From: an uncultured bacterium
Lineage (GTDB): Bacteria > Patescibacteriota > Microgenomatia > Levybacterales > UBA12049
Assembly: GCA_963826535.1 (NCBI GenBank)
Contig: CAWGXL010000011.1
Coordinates: 809 to 64,808 of the forward strand
Length of the DNA stretch: 64,000 nt
Reading direction: 5' to 3'
Shown: in pieces, positions 31,169 through 40,444 of the stretch
Numbering within the stretch: the stretch's first letter is position 1
Layout of the letters: the number at the start of each line of letters is the position of its first letter
Position numbers and translations under genes: made by a program
Notes under the pieces: generated by a model
What the model was told of the DNA's origin: nothing
Databases searched by the model: none
Seen by the model: only the letters and a program-made list of their open reading frames with translations

Positions 31169-32020
31169 TCAAGAAAGCTTATAAATAGCTCCGGGGAAAT
31201 TATAAACTAAACTTCCGTTTTCTTCTCTACGTAATTTAATCGTATTTTTCATTTCCTGAGGTAATTTTTCCATATGTTCAACCCAAATTGATTGCCCTAA
31301 TTCTGTCATTTCCTTGTTTTGTAAATACCTCATAACACCTTCGAAATCTTGTATTCGACTAAACTGGAAACCAGATTCGGCAAACCATTTTTCTAATTCC
31401 TTGTCTGTTGCAAAATATCTTGGGAATTCTTTGCCCATATCTTGATACTGACCAGAAGCAAGATCCTTAATATTCACAATATTATTCAGGACATCTTTGG
31501 TTTCTAGAGTGGTGTGATATGTTTGTAACATGAATACTCCATTCTCTTTCAAAGTTCGTTTTACTTCTTGCAATGCTTTTATTTGAGCTCGGCGTGGTAA
31601 GTCATAAATTGCTGATCTTAAAAAAATTCTGTCAAAACTTTTATCTGGGAATGGTGTTAAAAGAATTGATGATTGTACTTTATGAATTTTGTTTTCAACG
31701 GAATTAAGCATTCCTCTGCTAAAGTCTAATGCATACACTTTTGATTTTGGAAATCTTTTTTTAATTTCCGCTGACAATAATCCCGTCCCACACATTGCTT
31801 CAAGAGCAATCATACCATCTTTAATTTCAGATGAATCACTTAAAACAGGAATTAAATCATCGCGCCGTGTACCTTCATATATTTCTGTATTCCATTGTGA
31901 AGCAATTCGATCATACCGCTGTTGTAAAGGTAAATTAACAATAGGATACACATCAGTCTCGCTAATTTCTTTTTCCTGCTTTTCGGGATTATTTATTGGA
32001 TTTTCAACGTTCGTGTCCAT
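31169..32020 (-). CDS. Class I SAM-dependent methyltransferase.
   Basis: Motif I ALEAMCGTGLLS. Post-I acidic residue (YALDFS). Methyltransf_11-like spacing. Confidence 0.7.
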   Translation of the reverse strand: MDTNVENPINNPEKQEKEISETDVYPIVNLPLQQRYDRIASQWNTEIYEGTRRDDLIPVLSDSSEIKDGMIALEAMCGTGLLSAEIKKRFPKSKVYALDFSRGMLNSVENKIHKVQSSILLTPFPDKSFDRIFLRSAIYDLPRRAQIKALQEVKRTLKENGVFMLQTYHTTLETKDVLNNIVNIKDLASGQYQDMGKEFPRYFATDKELEKWFAESGFQFSRIQDFEGVMRYLQNKEMTELGQSIWVEHMEKLPQEMKNTIKLRREENGSLVYNFPGAIYKLS

Positions 32021-32109
32021 ATTTTTTATTTAGTAAATCTTAAATTGAAATTTAATGCTTTTGTCCTAATATATCAAATCTTATTTCTTAATACAATAAT
32101 AAGGTAGGA

Positions 32110-32152
32110 ATTATTTGTACCTCCTGGATTCCCGCGTTCGCGGGAATGACAA
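32110..32152. repeat. REP/MITE-like palindromic repeat, copy 2.
   Basis: ATTATTTGTACCTCCTGGATTCCCGCGTTCGCGGGAATGACAA. Lies between the methyltransferase gene and rpsG. Confidence 0.8.
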
Positions 32153-32231
32153 TAAAGAAAGAGGGACTATAAAGAGTTAGATAAAACTAATAAACAGTTG
32201 CTATTTAATGTCTAAATGAAGACTTAGAATT

Positions 32232-32705
32232 TTACCACCGGAAGTGGGCGAAGGCTCGGTTGGATTCGGCTTGTTTTAGGGTTACGTCGCGTTTGCGGAT
32301 GGCTTCTCCGAGATTTTGGGAAGCGGCTGTGAGCTCGGCAGCTAATTTTGCACCATAGCTATGGTATTCTTTATTGGGTCTTTTTCGGCTTGCTTCGATT
32401 ATCCAGCGGAAAGCAAGCGCATTGCGGCGGTCGTGTCTGACCTCGACGGGGACCTGGTAGTTGGCGCCTCCGACGCGGCGAGCTCTGACTTCGACTTTCG
32501 GGGCTACATTTTGTACTGCTTTCTCCAGAACTTTAAGGGGGTCCTCGCCTTTATCTTTAATAATATTCATTGCACCATAAACCTGATGCTGCGCTGTAGT
32601 CTTTTTCCCATCGCGCATAATATAGTTAATAAGCTTGGCAATTAATGCGCTCTTATAAATTGTATCCGGTTCTATTTTTCTTTTTTCAGCCTTTTTATGT
32701 CTCAT
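32232..32705 (-). CDS. rpsG: 30S ribosomal protein S7.
   Basis: 157 aa. Canonical S7 sequence (…VEVRARRVGGANYQVPVEV…). Confidence 0.95.
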   Translation of the reverse strand: MRHKKAEKRKIEPDTIYKSALIAKLINYIMRDGKKTTAQHQVYGAMNIIKDKGEDPLKVLEKAVQNVAPKVEVRARRVGGANYQVPVEVRHDRRNALAFRWIIEASRKRPNKEYHSYGAKLAAELTAASQNLGEAIRKRDVTLKQAESNRAFAHFRW

Positions 32706-32841
32706 ATTAAGAAACTCGAATATCGAATATCGAAATCCGAAACAATTTCAAAATTCGAATTACCGAATGTTCAAAAAGTTTTAGATTTTATTATTTCGAT
32801 CATTTGTATTTGTTTCGAATTTCGGATTTTGGTATTCGAAT
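32706..32841 (-). promoter_or_regulatory. Structured rpsL-rpsG intercistronic spacer made of TCGAAT-type repeats. Candidate S7 autoregulatory site.
   Basis: Imperfect inverted repeats CGAAATCCGAAA / TTTCGGATTTTG and TCGAATATCGAATA / TATTCGAATT within the 136 nt spacer. Confidence 0.3.
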
Positions 32842-33273
32842 TTATTTGGCCGCTGTTCCAGCAGCTTTGGACATCTTCGTACCGTATATACTTCTTGAGC
32901 TTTTTCTTCCCTCAACGCCGAGTAAGTCATACTTGCCTCGAACTAAATGATATTTTACTCCCGGCAAGTCCCGGACACGTCCGCCTCTTACTAAAACAAT
33001 GCCGTGTTCCGAAAGAGTATGACCGACCCCCTGAATATAAGCTGTTACTTCGACTTTGTTGGATAATTTAATGCGAGCGACTTTACGCAGCGCTGAATTT
33101 GGTTTTTTCGGAGTCATTGTTTTCACCAAAGTAACAACTCCACGTTTTTGTGGAGAATCTGATGCTTTATATATCCTATCCTTGGCATTAAAAAGAGTTT
33201 TAAGAGCGGTTGACCGTGTCTTTTTAATTCTTTTACTTCTTCCTTTTTTAGCTAATTGCGATAGAGTAGGCAT
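32842..33273 (-). CDS. rpsL: 30S ribosomal protein S12.
   Basis: 143 aa. Canonical S12 ([11 protein letters not shown]…[18 protein letters not shown]). Confidence 0.95.
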   Translation of the reverse strand: MPTLSQLAKKGRSKRIKKTRSTALKTLFNAKDRIYKASDSPQKRGVVTLVKTMTPKKPNSALRKVARIKLSNKVEVTAYIQGVGHTLSEHGIVLVRGGRVRDLPGVKYHLVRGKYDLLGVEGRKSSRSIYGTKMSKAAGTAAK

Positions 33274-33283
33274 AGTTTTGCTA

Positions 33284-34567
33284 TTATAGCATATTTTCTC
33301 TTGTTTGAGTATTTAGAAGTTCTAGCCATTGCAAATCAGATGCTAGATTTTGTAAGTTTGCCTGACCTAGCCAACTCTTCTGGAGATCTTGGTATATTAA
33401 CACTTGAGTTCTTAATTCAAATGCACTTCCCACAATAAGTGCTGCACGGACAAAATCGTATGTTTTTTGAGCAACTCCAAAAGGATTTATTTTAGTGAGG
33501 GTTTGTAGGTATTCCCGGCGAAATGCGCTCGGATTATGATGCATCCTTTGCGGGTCCTTCAAAGAGACTTGTCTTCCAACTAATGCACTAACATCAGTAA
33601 GTAAGGCCAATGTACGATTATTCGTTATACCGCCAAACTCTTGATCGATATATACTACAGGGTCCTCCGCTCCTGCAAAGATAATTTGTGTTGTCTTTGT
33701 TTGTGCCTCTTTCTGTTCAATATCTGCCATAACCATTCTATCGAAGAAGTAATTATCTTGCCGCATGTCGTCCATACAATATGTTGGATGACCTTCACCA
33801 TCAGCAAATAATGGCTCCAGAAGTCGTCCTGCTTCAATAAATCGTTCTCCTAACCATTCCAGAGCATTTTGTTTTTTTGTATATCGATTAATAGTTTCAC
33901 TGTGAGGTCCTAAACAGTCAGTGATTTCTCCAGCAAAAACCTTGAAAAATTCTTCAGCAGAACGGGAACATGGTTCAGCTTGTGGAAGGTGAGAAGTATC
34001 AGTATTAGCATCTATTCCATGCCAAACTTTAGGAATATGACTTGCAGCGATAAATCTGGCATATTTTGGATCAATAGCCGCGACTGCTTCTTGTGTATAA
34101 GGAAAGTGTATAAAAGATTCATCTGGTAAGAATGCATACTCTACCACCAATCTGCCTTCTGCCGTTGGTTGTAATGGAGTAATAATGCTAGGTGTGCGAA
34201 AACCTAATGGATTTGCTATTGTATTAGTATATTCTCTTATTAATTGGGCTTTTGCATGTTCACTCCCCGCAATTTTCCCAAGGCCTTCTCTTATGCCTCT
34301 ATTTGATTTGAAAATAAGAAATTTACGAGGATAATAAATTAGGGAAGGATTTTCTTTTTGTAATTCAAAAGAAAGTGACCTCACTTGAGGGTCAGGTGAT
34401 AAAGCAGGAGTTATATCTTCAGTAATTCGACCAAACGCTTCATATATTCGTTCTTTTGTAATTTGTTCAGATGAAGCTTCAGTAAGAAAAAGTGCCTTTC
34501 TTACATGTGGACTCATCGCCTGTAAAGGAATTTCGCTTATTGTGAAAGGGATATGTACTGGTGTCAT
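33284..34567 (-). CDS. Hypothetical protein (427 aa) immediately upstream of rpsL, the position usually occupied by rpoC.
   Basis: Long ORF with no recognisable motif. Confidence 0.35.
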   Translation of the reverse strand: MTPVHIPFTISEIPLQAMSPHVRKALFLTEASSEQITKERIYEAFGRITEDITPALSPDPQVRSLSFELQKENPSLIYYPRKFLIFKSNRGIREGLGKIAGSEHAKAQLIREYTNTIANPLGFRTPSIITPLQPTAEGRLVVEYAFLPDESFIHFPYTQEAVAAIDPKYARFIAASHIPKVWHGIDANTDTSHLPQAEPCSRSAEEFFKVFAGEITDCLGPHSETINRYTKKQNALEWLGERFIEAGRLLEPLFADGEGHPTYCMDDMRQDNYFFDRMVMADIEQKEAQTKTTQIIFAGAEDPVVYIDQEFGGITNNRTLALLTDVSALVGRQVSLKDPQRMHHNPSAFRREYLQTLTKINPFGVAQKTYDFVRAALIVGSAFELRTQVLIYQDLQKSWLGQANLQNLASDLQWLELLNTQTRENML

Positions 34568-34624
34568 ACAATAAAAATTTTCTTATATTATAACAGGGTT
34601 TTTTGAAAAGGTGGACGGTCACAT

Positions 34625-35182
34625 CTAATTATCATCAGGAACGAACTTCAAAGCTATCGAATTCATGCAGTAACGCTTACCCGTAGGCGGCGGGCCATCA
34701 TCAAAAACATGACCGAGATGCCCTCCGCATGTATCAAGTACTTCAATCCGATTATCTCCAAGAGTGCTTTCTTTGCGCAGAACTAGCGCGTCTTCTGTAA
34801 TGGGCTCCCAGAAACTTGGCCAACCGGTTCCTGAATCATATTTTTGTTCTGATCTAAAGAGAGGCTTATCGCAACCGACACTATAGTATGTTCCTTTCCG
34901 TTTCTCGTGATTTAATGCACCGGTAAATGGAATCTCAGTCCCCGCTTCACGCAAAATATGATATTGTTCAGGATTTAGAATTTTTCTCCACTGGTCATCT
35001 GTTTTGAAACTACTTTTGTTAAATTTCCCGGAGATAATCTGACCACTTGACTCGGTTGGTGTGGTGGTTTGTATTGCTTGAGGTTTTTGCGTTTGATAGA
35101 AAACTATTGCAATCAGTACGATTACTCCTACGAGAATTGTTAGGGTTAACTTATTGGATTTATTGGGGCGGTTTTTTATCAT
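34625..35182 (-). CDS. msrB: Peptide-methionine (R)-S-oxide reductase MsrB, membrane-anchored.
   Basis: GTGWPSF...CGGHLGHVFDDGP...RYCMNS SelR motifs. N-terminal TM. Confidence 0.85.
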   Translation of the reverse strand: MIKNRPNKSNKLTLTILVGVIVLIAIVFYQTQKPQAIQTTTPTESSGQIISGKFNKSSFKTDDQWRKILNPEQYHILREAGTEIPFTGALNHEKRKGTYYSVGCDKPLFRSEQKYDSGTGWPSFWEPITEDALVLRKESTLGDNRIEVLDTCGGHLGHVFDDGPPPTGKRYCMNSIALKFVPDDN

Positions 35183-35194
35183 AAAATTTTTTAA

Positions 35195-36943
35195 TTATCC
35201 AAAAGTAAAAGCAAATACTTGGACGTTTTCATCAACAAACTCTAAACGCAATATATGGCGCCCCGGAGTTGGGAGATTGATCAGCTTATAAAGCCTGTCT
35301 TTATTTACAGTTACTATTCCATTTTTATTGTCTTCTCCGAAATCTTGAAGTTTGTCATCAAGGTAGACCTTTACTTTTGCCCCGATTGAATCGGGGTTTG
35401 CCGGGTTTCCGTTTGTACGCATAACAAGAAATACTTCTTTGGATTCGAAATTGAGAAGCAGTTTTGCGCCTTTTTGCGGATTGGCATATTCATGCATAAC
35501 ATTCCATTTGCCCACAAACGCTACCTGATTATTCCCTAACTTGCTTTGTGCTGTATACATTGAAGCTTTGTCATAGGCTATTTTTTCGGGGGATGCAAGA
35601 TTTTCTATTCGTCCCCAACCCAAATATATTTCAGGAGTTTGGGAGTTGATTTGGTATGTAGGATTATTGACATTAGCAGGCAAATTTTTTGCACCGGATT
35701 CTTTCAATAACTCTTGAATGACGCGTTCGGTTTCATCATAGGCTCCTTCGCCAAAGTGTGTGTAGCGAATATAACCTTCTTTATCTATAAGATACTTAGC
35801 CGGCCAAAAACGGTTGTTGTAAGCTCTCCAGGTAGCAAAATCATTGTCTTGAACTACGGGGTACTTTAGTTTAAAGTCGGCTATAGCCTCTGCAACATTT
35901 TTCTCACTCTTTTCAAATTCAAACTCCGGCGAATGTACACCGATAATTACTAAACCTTTATCATTATATTTTTCATGCCAGGACCTTAAATACGGCATTG
36001 TTCTCTGACAGTTAATGCAAGAGTAAGTCCAGAAATCAACAAGCACCACTTTGCCTTTCAATTGTTCAAGTGTTAAAGGGTTCGTGTTTAACCAAACGCC
36101 TCCAGGAATTATTTCGGGAGCTTTTGGGCCTTTTGGAGCTGACACATCAAACATCGGCTTTCCCATACCTTCTTCTTTCACTTCGTTCCCCATTTTCTTA
36201 TCAAGCGCATTTCTTACAGCATCATTATCTTCAAATTTTATGAGTCCTGAACCGTATTGGGGAAATTTATCAAGAATAAAAGTTTGAAATTTTCTGTCAA
36301 CGTTAAAAAATATTCCGATGGCGGTGAGAATCATTAACACTCCGAATAGTTTTTGGATGTTATTCAGATTTGCAAGTAACCATGGGACTCGGCGGAGTGC
36401 GTTTTGCCCGCCAAGCATTATAAGAAACATCGGAATTGCAGTACCAAGAGAATATGCTAGTGTTATAAGAAATGCGTCAAAGGTGACAGTACCGGTGATG
36501 GCCAAGGATATGACGGACGCGAGAATTGGACCAACGCATGGGGTCCAGAGAAGGCCCACGGAAAACCCTATTAATAGTCCACCGCCAAAACCTGTTTTAT
36601 TTTGACTGCTTGGCATGAACCCAGCTAGTTTTGAAAATAACCTCTCAACGAGTAATTGAAACTGTGGAATAAGCAGTGACGCGCCAAAACCGGCTATGAC
36701 CAATACTGAGACAAGCCTGAGAGTATCTGCTGAAATCCCGCTCAGTCGGACAATAGTCGAAAGAAAAAGTGTAAAGAAAGTAAAACTTAAAACAAATCCA
36801 ATAACAACGCCCATTGGACGAGATTTTCCAGTATTTTTACCCCCGATACTTGAGGATAAAATAATTGGCAATATAGGTAATATACAGGGTGAGAGTACGG
36901 TTATAACTCCGGCTAAAAACGCGAATGCGATAAGTAGAATCAT
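35195..36943 (-). CDS. CcdA/DsbD-type thiol:disulfide transporter fused to a periplasmic thioredoxin (TlpA-like) domain and a C-terminal domain.
   Basis: N-terminal SPCILPILP CcdA motif with multiple TM segments. Thioredoxin VVLVDFWTYSCINCQRT. 582 aa. Confidence 0.8.
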   Translation of the reverse strand: MILLIAFAFLAGVITVLSPCILPILPIILSSSIGGKNTGKSRPMGVVIGFVLSFTFFTLFLSTIVRLSGISADTLRLVSVLVIAGFGASLLIPQFQLLVERLFSKLAGFMPSSQNKTGFGGGLLIGFSVGLLWTPCVGPILASVISLAITGTVTFDAFLITLAYSLGTAIPMFLIMLGGQNALRRVPWLLANLNNIQKLFGVLMILTAIGIFFNVDRKFQTFILDKFPQYGSGLIKFEDNDAVRNALDKKMGNEVKEEGMGKPMFDVSAPKGPKAPEIIPGGVWLNTNPLTLEQLKGKVVLVDFWTYSCINCQRTMPYLRSWHEKYNDKGLVIIGVHSPEFEFEKSEKNVAEAIADFKLKYPVVQDNDFATWRAYNNRFWPAKYLIDKEGYIRYTHFGEGAYDETERVIQELLKESGAKNLPANVNNPTYQINSQTPEIYLGWGRIENLASPEKIAYDKASMYTAQSKLGNNQVAFVGKWNVMHEYANPQKGAKLLLNFESKEVFLVMRTNGNPANPDSIGAKVKVYLDDKLQDFGEDNKNGIVTVNKDRLYKLINLPTPGRHILRLEFVDENVQVFAFTFG

Positions 36944-37003
36944 ATATATTACTAATTAGTTTTTGATACTGGTTCCTGTAAAAACAAAAGCCGGCACTAC
37001 AAA

Positions 37004-37633
37004 CTACTTAATGTTAACAAGTAGCTCATTAGTTTGTCCACCGTTCCACTTGGTAACTTCTTTACCTTGTGAATCAATTTGGACAAATGTGTGTTGATAT
37101 GTAATGCCGTACTTTTTGGCGAGATCTTTTTCTTCCTGATCGGTATTTGGATCGTTGTAATTGGTCCTTATCACAACTACGTCCTCGGGTATTTTACCGG
37201 GATTTTTTGTAAAATCTTCATTGGCGACTTTACATGTCGGACACCAGGTTGCGTAAAAATAGAGTACCCTGCGCTTGTCCGAAGACTCATCAAGAGCAGC
37301 TTTTGAGTACTCAACATAACGGGGTGAGTTTGACTTTATCGCTTTGTTCCCTTCATTTGCCAACAACGCCTCGCCTTCTTTTTTCTCAATCGCTTTTTGT
37401 TCTGGGGTTTCAGCTCCTTCACCTTCTTCACTTTCTTCTTTTTCCTTAGCTACAGGCTCTTTTTGCATCAAGGCGCCATACTCTTGTGGTGCTTTTGCAA
37501 GGTCAGTTTGTTTTGAGTTTTGATTTGCAACAAATAAGCCACCTGCAACAAGGACTAAAACGACAATGACGGTAATTATTAATTTATTATTCATTTTCTC
37601 GCCTCCCCTCTTTTTAATGCTTGATATGACCAT
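37004..37633 (-). CDS. Membrane-anchored thioredoxin.
   Basis: N-terminal TM. Acidic linker. YFYATWCPTCKV (WCPTC active site). Confidence 0.75.
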   Translation of the reverse strand: MVISSIKKRGGEKMNNKLIITVIVVLVLVAGGLFVANQNSKQTDLAKAPQEYGALMQKEPVAKEKEESEEGEGAETPEQKAIEKKEGEALLANEGNKAIKSNSPRYVEYSKAALDESSDKRRVLYFYATWCPTCKVANEDFTKNPGKIPEDVVVIRTNYNDPNTDQEEKDLAKKYGITYQHTFVQIDSQGKEVTKWNGGQTNELLVNIK

Positions 37634-38027
37634 AGATTAGTCCGAATATTTTGGCAAGTAATGCGATACATACAGCAACAATAAGCCAGGGGTCTATCTT
37701 GTCTGTAAAATATTGCACAATGACACCAATAATAAGCGTCGTGATGACTGCAAAATAAGCAAAGCGTGAGGCAATAAATTTGTGAAGCTGCTCCCGTTCA
37801 TCCCCTGGTTTTTCTTTCCATAGAAAACCGGAAAATACTATAAAAAGTATTCCTAGAAGCGGGACCATCATCGGGTGCAAAATGGCGGGAATAAGCGGTT
37901 CTATTGGTTTTATGAAGCAAATCAGGAGCCAGATTAATAATATAGAAAGTACGATTTCGCCAATAAAGTTATTTTTCATATTTGTATGTAAATACTTCCT
38001 CAACAGGTTTTTTGAAAAACCTGGCAA
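37614..38027 (-). CDS. Small integral membrane protein cotranscribed with an XRE regulator.
   Basis: 137 aa with four hydrophobic segments. Overlaps the upstream HTH gene. Confidence 0.35.
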   Translation of the reverse strand: MPGFSKNLLRKYLHTNMKNNFIGEIVLSILLIWLLICFIKPIEPLIPAILHPMMVPLLGILFIVFSGFLWKEKPGDEREQLHKFIASRFAYFAVITTLIIGVIVQYFTDKIDPWLIVAVCIALLAKIFGLIYGHIKH

Positions 38028-38178
38028 TTTTTAGTCCAAGTAATAACGAAGGTATATAATTTCCCTTTTCGATCGCAATTATGGTTTGGCGTGATACCTT
38101 AACTGCTTTTGCGAGATCTTCTTGGGTTACATTCATTTCTTTACGCAATTCAAAAACTCTGTTAGTTATATGATCCAT
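37969..38178 (-). CDS. XRE-family helix-turn-helix transcriptional regulator.
   Basis: VTQEDLAKAVKVSRQTIIAIEKG is a classic Cro/C1-type HTH. 69 aa. Confidence 0.7.
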   Translation of the reverse strand: MDHITNRVFELRKEMNVTQEDLAKAVKVSRQTIIAIEKGNYIPSLLLGLKIARFFKKPVEEVFTYKYEK

Positions 38179-38234
38179 GATAATTTTTTAAATGTCAAGT
38201 GGATTTGACATTAGTTTAAGAGTTTTGAGGGGGT

Positions 38235-38952
38235 TTGTCAAGTAGGTTTTACATTTGTGCTATACTTATTTTTATGAAGAAATATGTAATGTTTGGAATT
38301 GCATGCCTACTCGTTCTCGGGGTTGTATATACATTTACGCGGGAGCATATACAAAAATTTAACAGCGGGTCTGTAAAAAAAATTACAGAGGACAAAAACT
38401 CGAGGAGGATTATATAGAACTGCATTATTTGCCGGAGGTTGTTTTTGGAGTCTTGAGTCCTATTTCGAAAAAATTCCTGATGGTATTGTTGATGTCGTAT
38501 CCGGCTATTCGGGTGGTACGAGCGAGAACCCAACATATGAAAACTATACAGAGGGGAATCATAGAGAAGTTGTCCAAGTGACTTATGATCCAGCGAAGAT
38601 CTCGTACGGAGCACTCACGGAATATTTCATTCGCCATATAGATCCAACAGATGCAGGCGGCTCTTTCTACGATCGTGGAATGAATTACACATCTGCTATA
38701 TATTATGAAAATCAGGAGGAAAAAAAAGCAGCAGAGGATGTTATTGCAACAATTGATGGGGCAAAAATATTTGAAAAACCTATTGTGACAGATGTTTTGC
38801 CCAAATTAAACTTCTGGCCAGCCGAGGGGTATCACCAGAACTATGCAAAGAACAATTCATTGAGATATGCGGCGTATCGCGTTGGCTCAGGGCGCGACGG
38901 GTTTCTAAAAAAGTTCTGGGAAGGAAAAGAAAGTATTCTTTATAAGGAATAA
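38235..38952 (+). CDS. msrA: Peptide-methionine (S)-S-oxide reductase MsrA with an N-terminal membrane anchor. The reading frame is broken by a +1 shift at an A8 homopolymer (38375-38382).
   Basis: Frame 0 encodes MKKYVMFGIACLLVLGVVYTF...SVKK. Frame +1 encodes LQRTKTRGGLYRTALFAGGCFWSLESYF...GYHQNYAKNN (MsrA GCFW active site) with no in-frame start. Removing one A fuses the two in frame. Confidence 0.7.
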
Positions 38953-38991
38953 GATACTCCTACAGCAGTAAAGTTTAAGGCGACAAAATTT

Positions 38992-39516
38992 ATGTCTAGC
39001 GATTTGATTGAACAATCAAAATTATCAGGGTATCACAAAAATCTGAGCCAATTAGTTGGAGAGTGGGAAGGTGCGACGAAAGTGTGGTTTGACGAAGGGA
39101 GCCAGGCACAAGAATCGCCTATCATGGGAACCATGCGGCTTATACTAGATGGTCGTTTTATTTTGCATGAATATCAAGGCAGCTTTGACGGCAAACCGCT
39201 ACAAGGCGCAGCCATCTATGGTTACAGTAGCGGGAAAAAACAATTCGAGTGCGCCTGGGTAGACAGTTTTCATAATGGGGATAGCATAATGTTTTCAGTT
39301 GGAAAAGATACAGGTAAAGTTTTTTCTGTACTTGGTAACTATTTAACCGATTGCGGAGATGGCCGTGGTGAAGAGCGATGGGGTTGGCAGACAGAGATTA
39401 GGATTATCAACAAATTCAAAATCGTGATCCGGATGGATAACATTTCTCCTGATGGGAAAAAAGAGGGAGGAGTTGAGACAATCTATCATCGTAAAAAAAT
39501 TTTAAGTAGACCGTAG
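38992..39516 (+). CDS. DUF1579-like hypothetical protein.
   Basis: 174 aa. LVGEWEGATKVWFDEG...GKPLQGAAIYGY resembles the DUF1579 family. Assignment tentative. Confidence 0.35.
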   Translation: MSSDLIEQSKLSGYHKNLSQLVGEWEGATKVWFDEGSQAQESPIMGTMRLILDGRFILHEYQGSFDGKPLQGAAIYGYSSGKKQFECAWVDSFHNGDSIMFSVGKDTGKVFSVLGNYLTDCGDGRGEERWGWQTEIRIINKFKIVIRMDNISPDGKKEGGVETIYHRKKILSRP

Positions 39517-39625
39517 CCAACTTTCGTTTATAATTCGAGGATGCTACTGCCCGATAATTGTATTGATAATTTCTTCATTTGTGGTTCATTATTGAAAATT
39601 TCCATCTAACTAATTTTTTGCGTTC

Positions 39626-40438
39626 TTGACAGCAAGTTACCTGAGACTTTATGCTGAAAGCATGCCAGATATTTCCTTCCCTATATCGCAAGAAATGACA
39701 AAGATGCTGCTTTTTATTGCACTGACTCTGCTTATTGCGATTATTGTTGATAATGTTTTGCGTTCATTTGTCAAAGTCCCGAAAAATTTTGATAACAGAC
39801 GCAGCAGGGCATATGTAACAATACTCCGCAAAACCATAACAATCATTACTTATTTTATAGCTATTTATTTTATCTCAATTGAGATAGGAATTAATGTTAC
39901 TCCCCTCTTGGCCTCAGCCGGCATTATAGGTATAGCAATAGGAATCGGAGCCAAAACATTAGTCGAAGATCTTATAAACGGTGTCTTTTTGCTCACGCAG
40001 GATTCAATTGCAATTGGAGATTATGTAAAGCTCGATGATGCTGAGGGAAAAATTGAAAAACTAGGATTCAGAACAATATACGTCCGTGGAGATAGCGGAG
40101 AATTATATATCATTCCGAACGGACAGGTTAAAAAAATAATTAATTTCTCCCACCATAGGTCATATATGAACGTGGATTTCCCTATAAAAGCTGACCAAGA
40201 TATTGATTTGGCGATTAAAGCATTGGAAGAGGCATTGGATGAGTTAAAGAAAGACCGCGAGTTATCAGATTCGGTCTTCTCCGGTTCGGGCATTTTGGGT
40301 ATTGAAGAAATTAAAGATGGACGGATGATTCTACGGGGGAAAATTATTACACTGCCCGCATTACGGGAGCGTGTCGCACGAAAATACCGTTATCTTGGGA
40401 AGAAGAACTTCGAGAAATTCAAAATTGCGCTCTCCTAA
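39626..40438 (+). CDS. Small-conductance mechanosensitive channel (MscS family).
   Basis: Pore helix with GIIGIAIGIGAKTLVEDLINGVFLL. Beta domain IGDYVKLDDAEGKIEKLGFRTIYVR. The start may be an internal Met. Confidence 0.8.
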   Translation: MTASYLRLYAESMPDISFPISQEMTKMLLFIALTLLIAIIVDNVLRSFVKVPKNFDNRRSRAYVTILRKTITIITYFIAIYFISIEIGINVTPLLASAGIIGIAIGIGAKTLVEDLINGVFLLTQDSIAIGDYVKLDDAEGKIEKLGFRTIYVRGDSGELYIIPNGQVKKIINFSHHRSYMNVDFPIKADQDIDLAIKALEEALDELKKDRELSDSVFSGSGILGIEEIKDGRMILRGKIITLPALRERVARKYRYLGKKNFEKFKIALS

Positions 40439-40444
40439 TAAATT

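Noticed and set aside
37079-37449. ORFs 37079..37306(+) and 37234..37449(+).
   Set aside because: They are antisense to the well-supported thioredoxin gene and show no conserved features.
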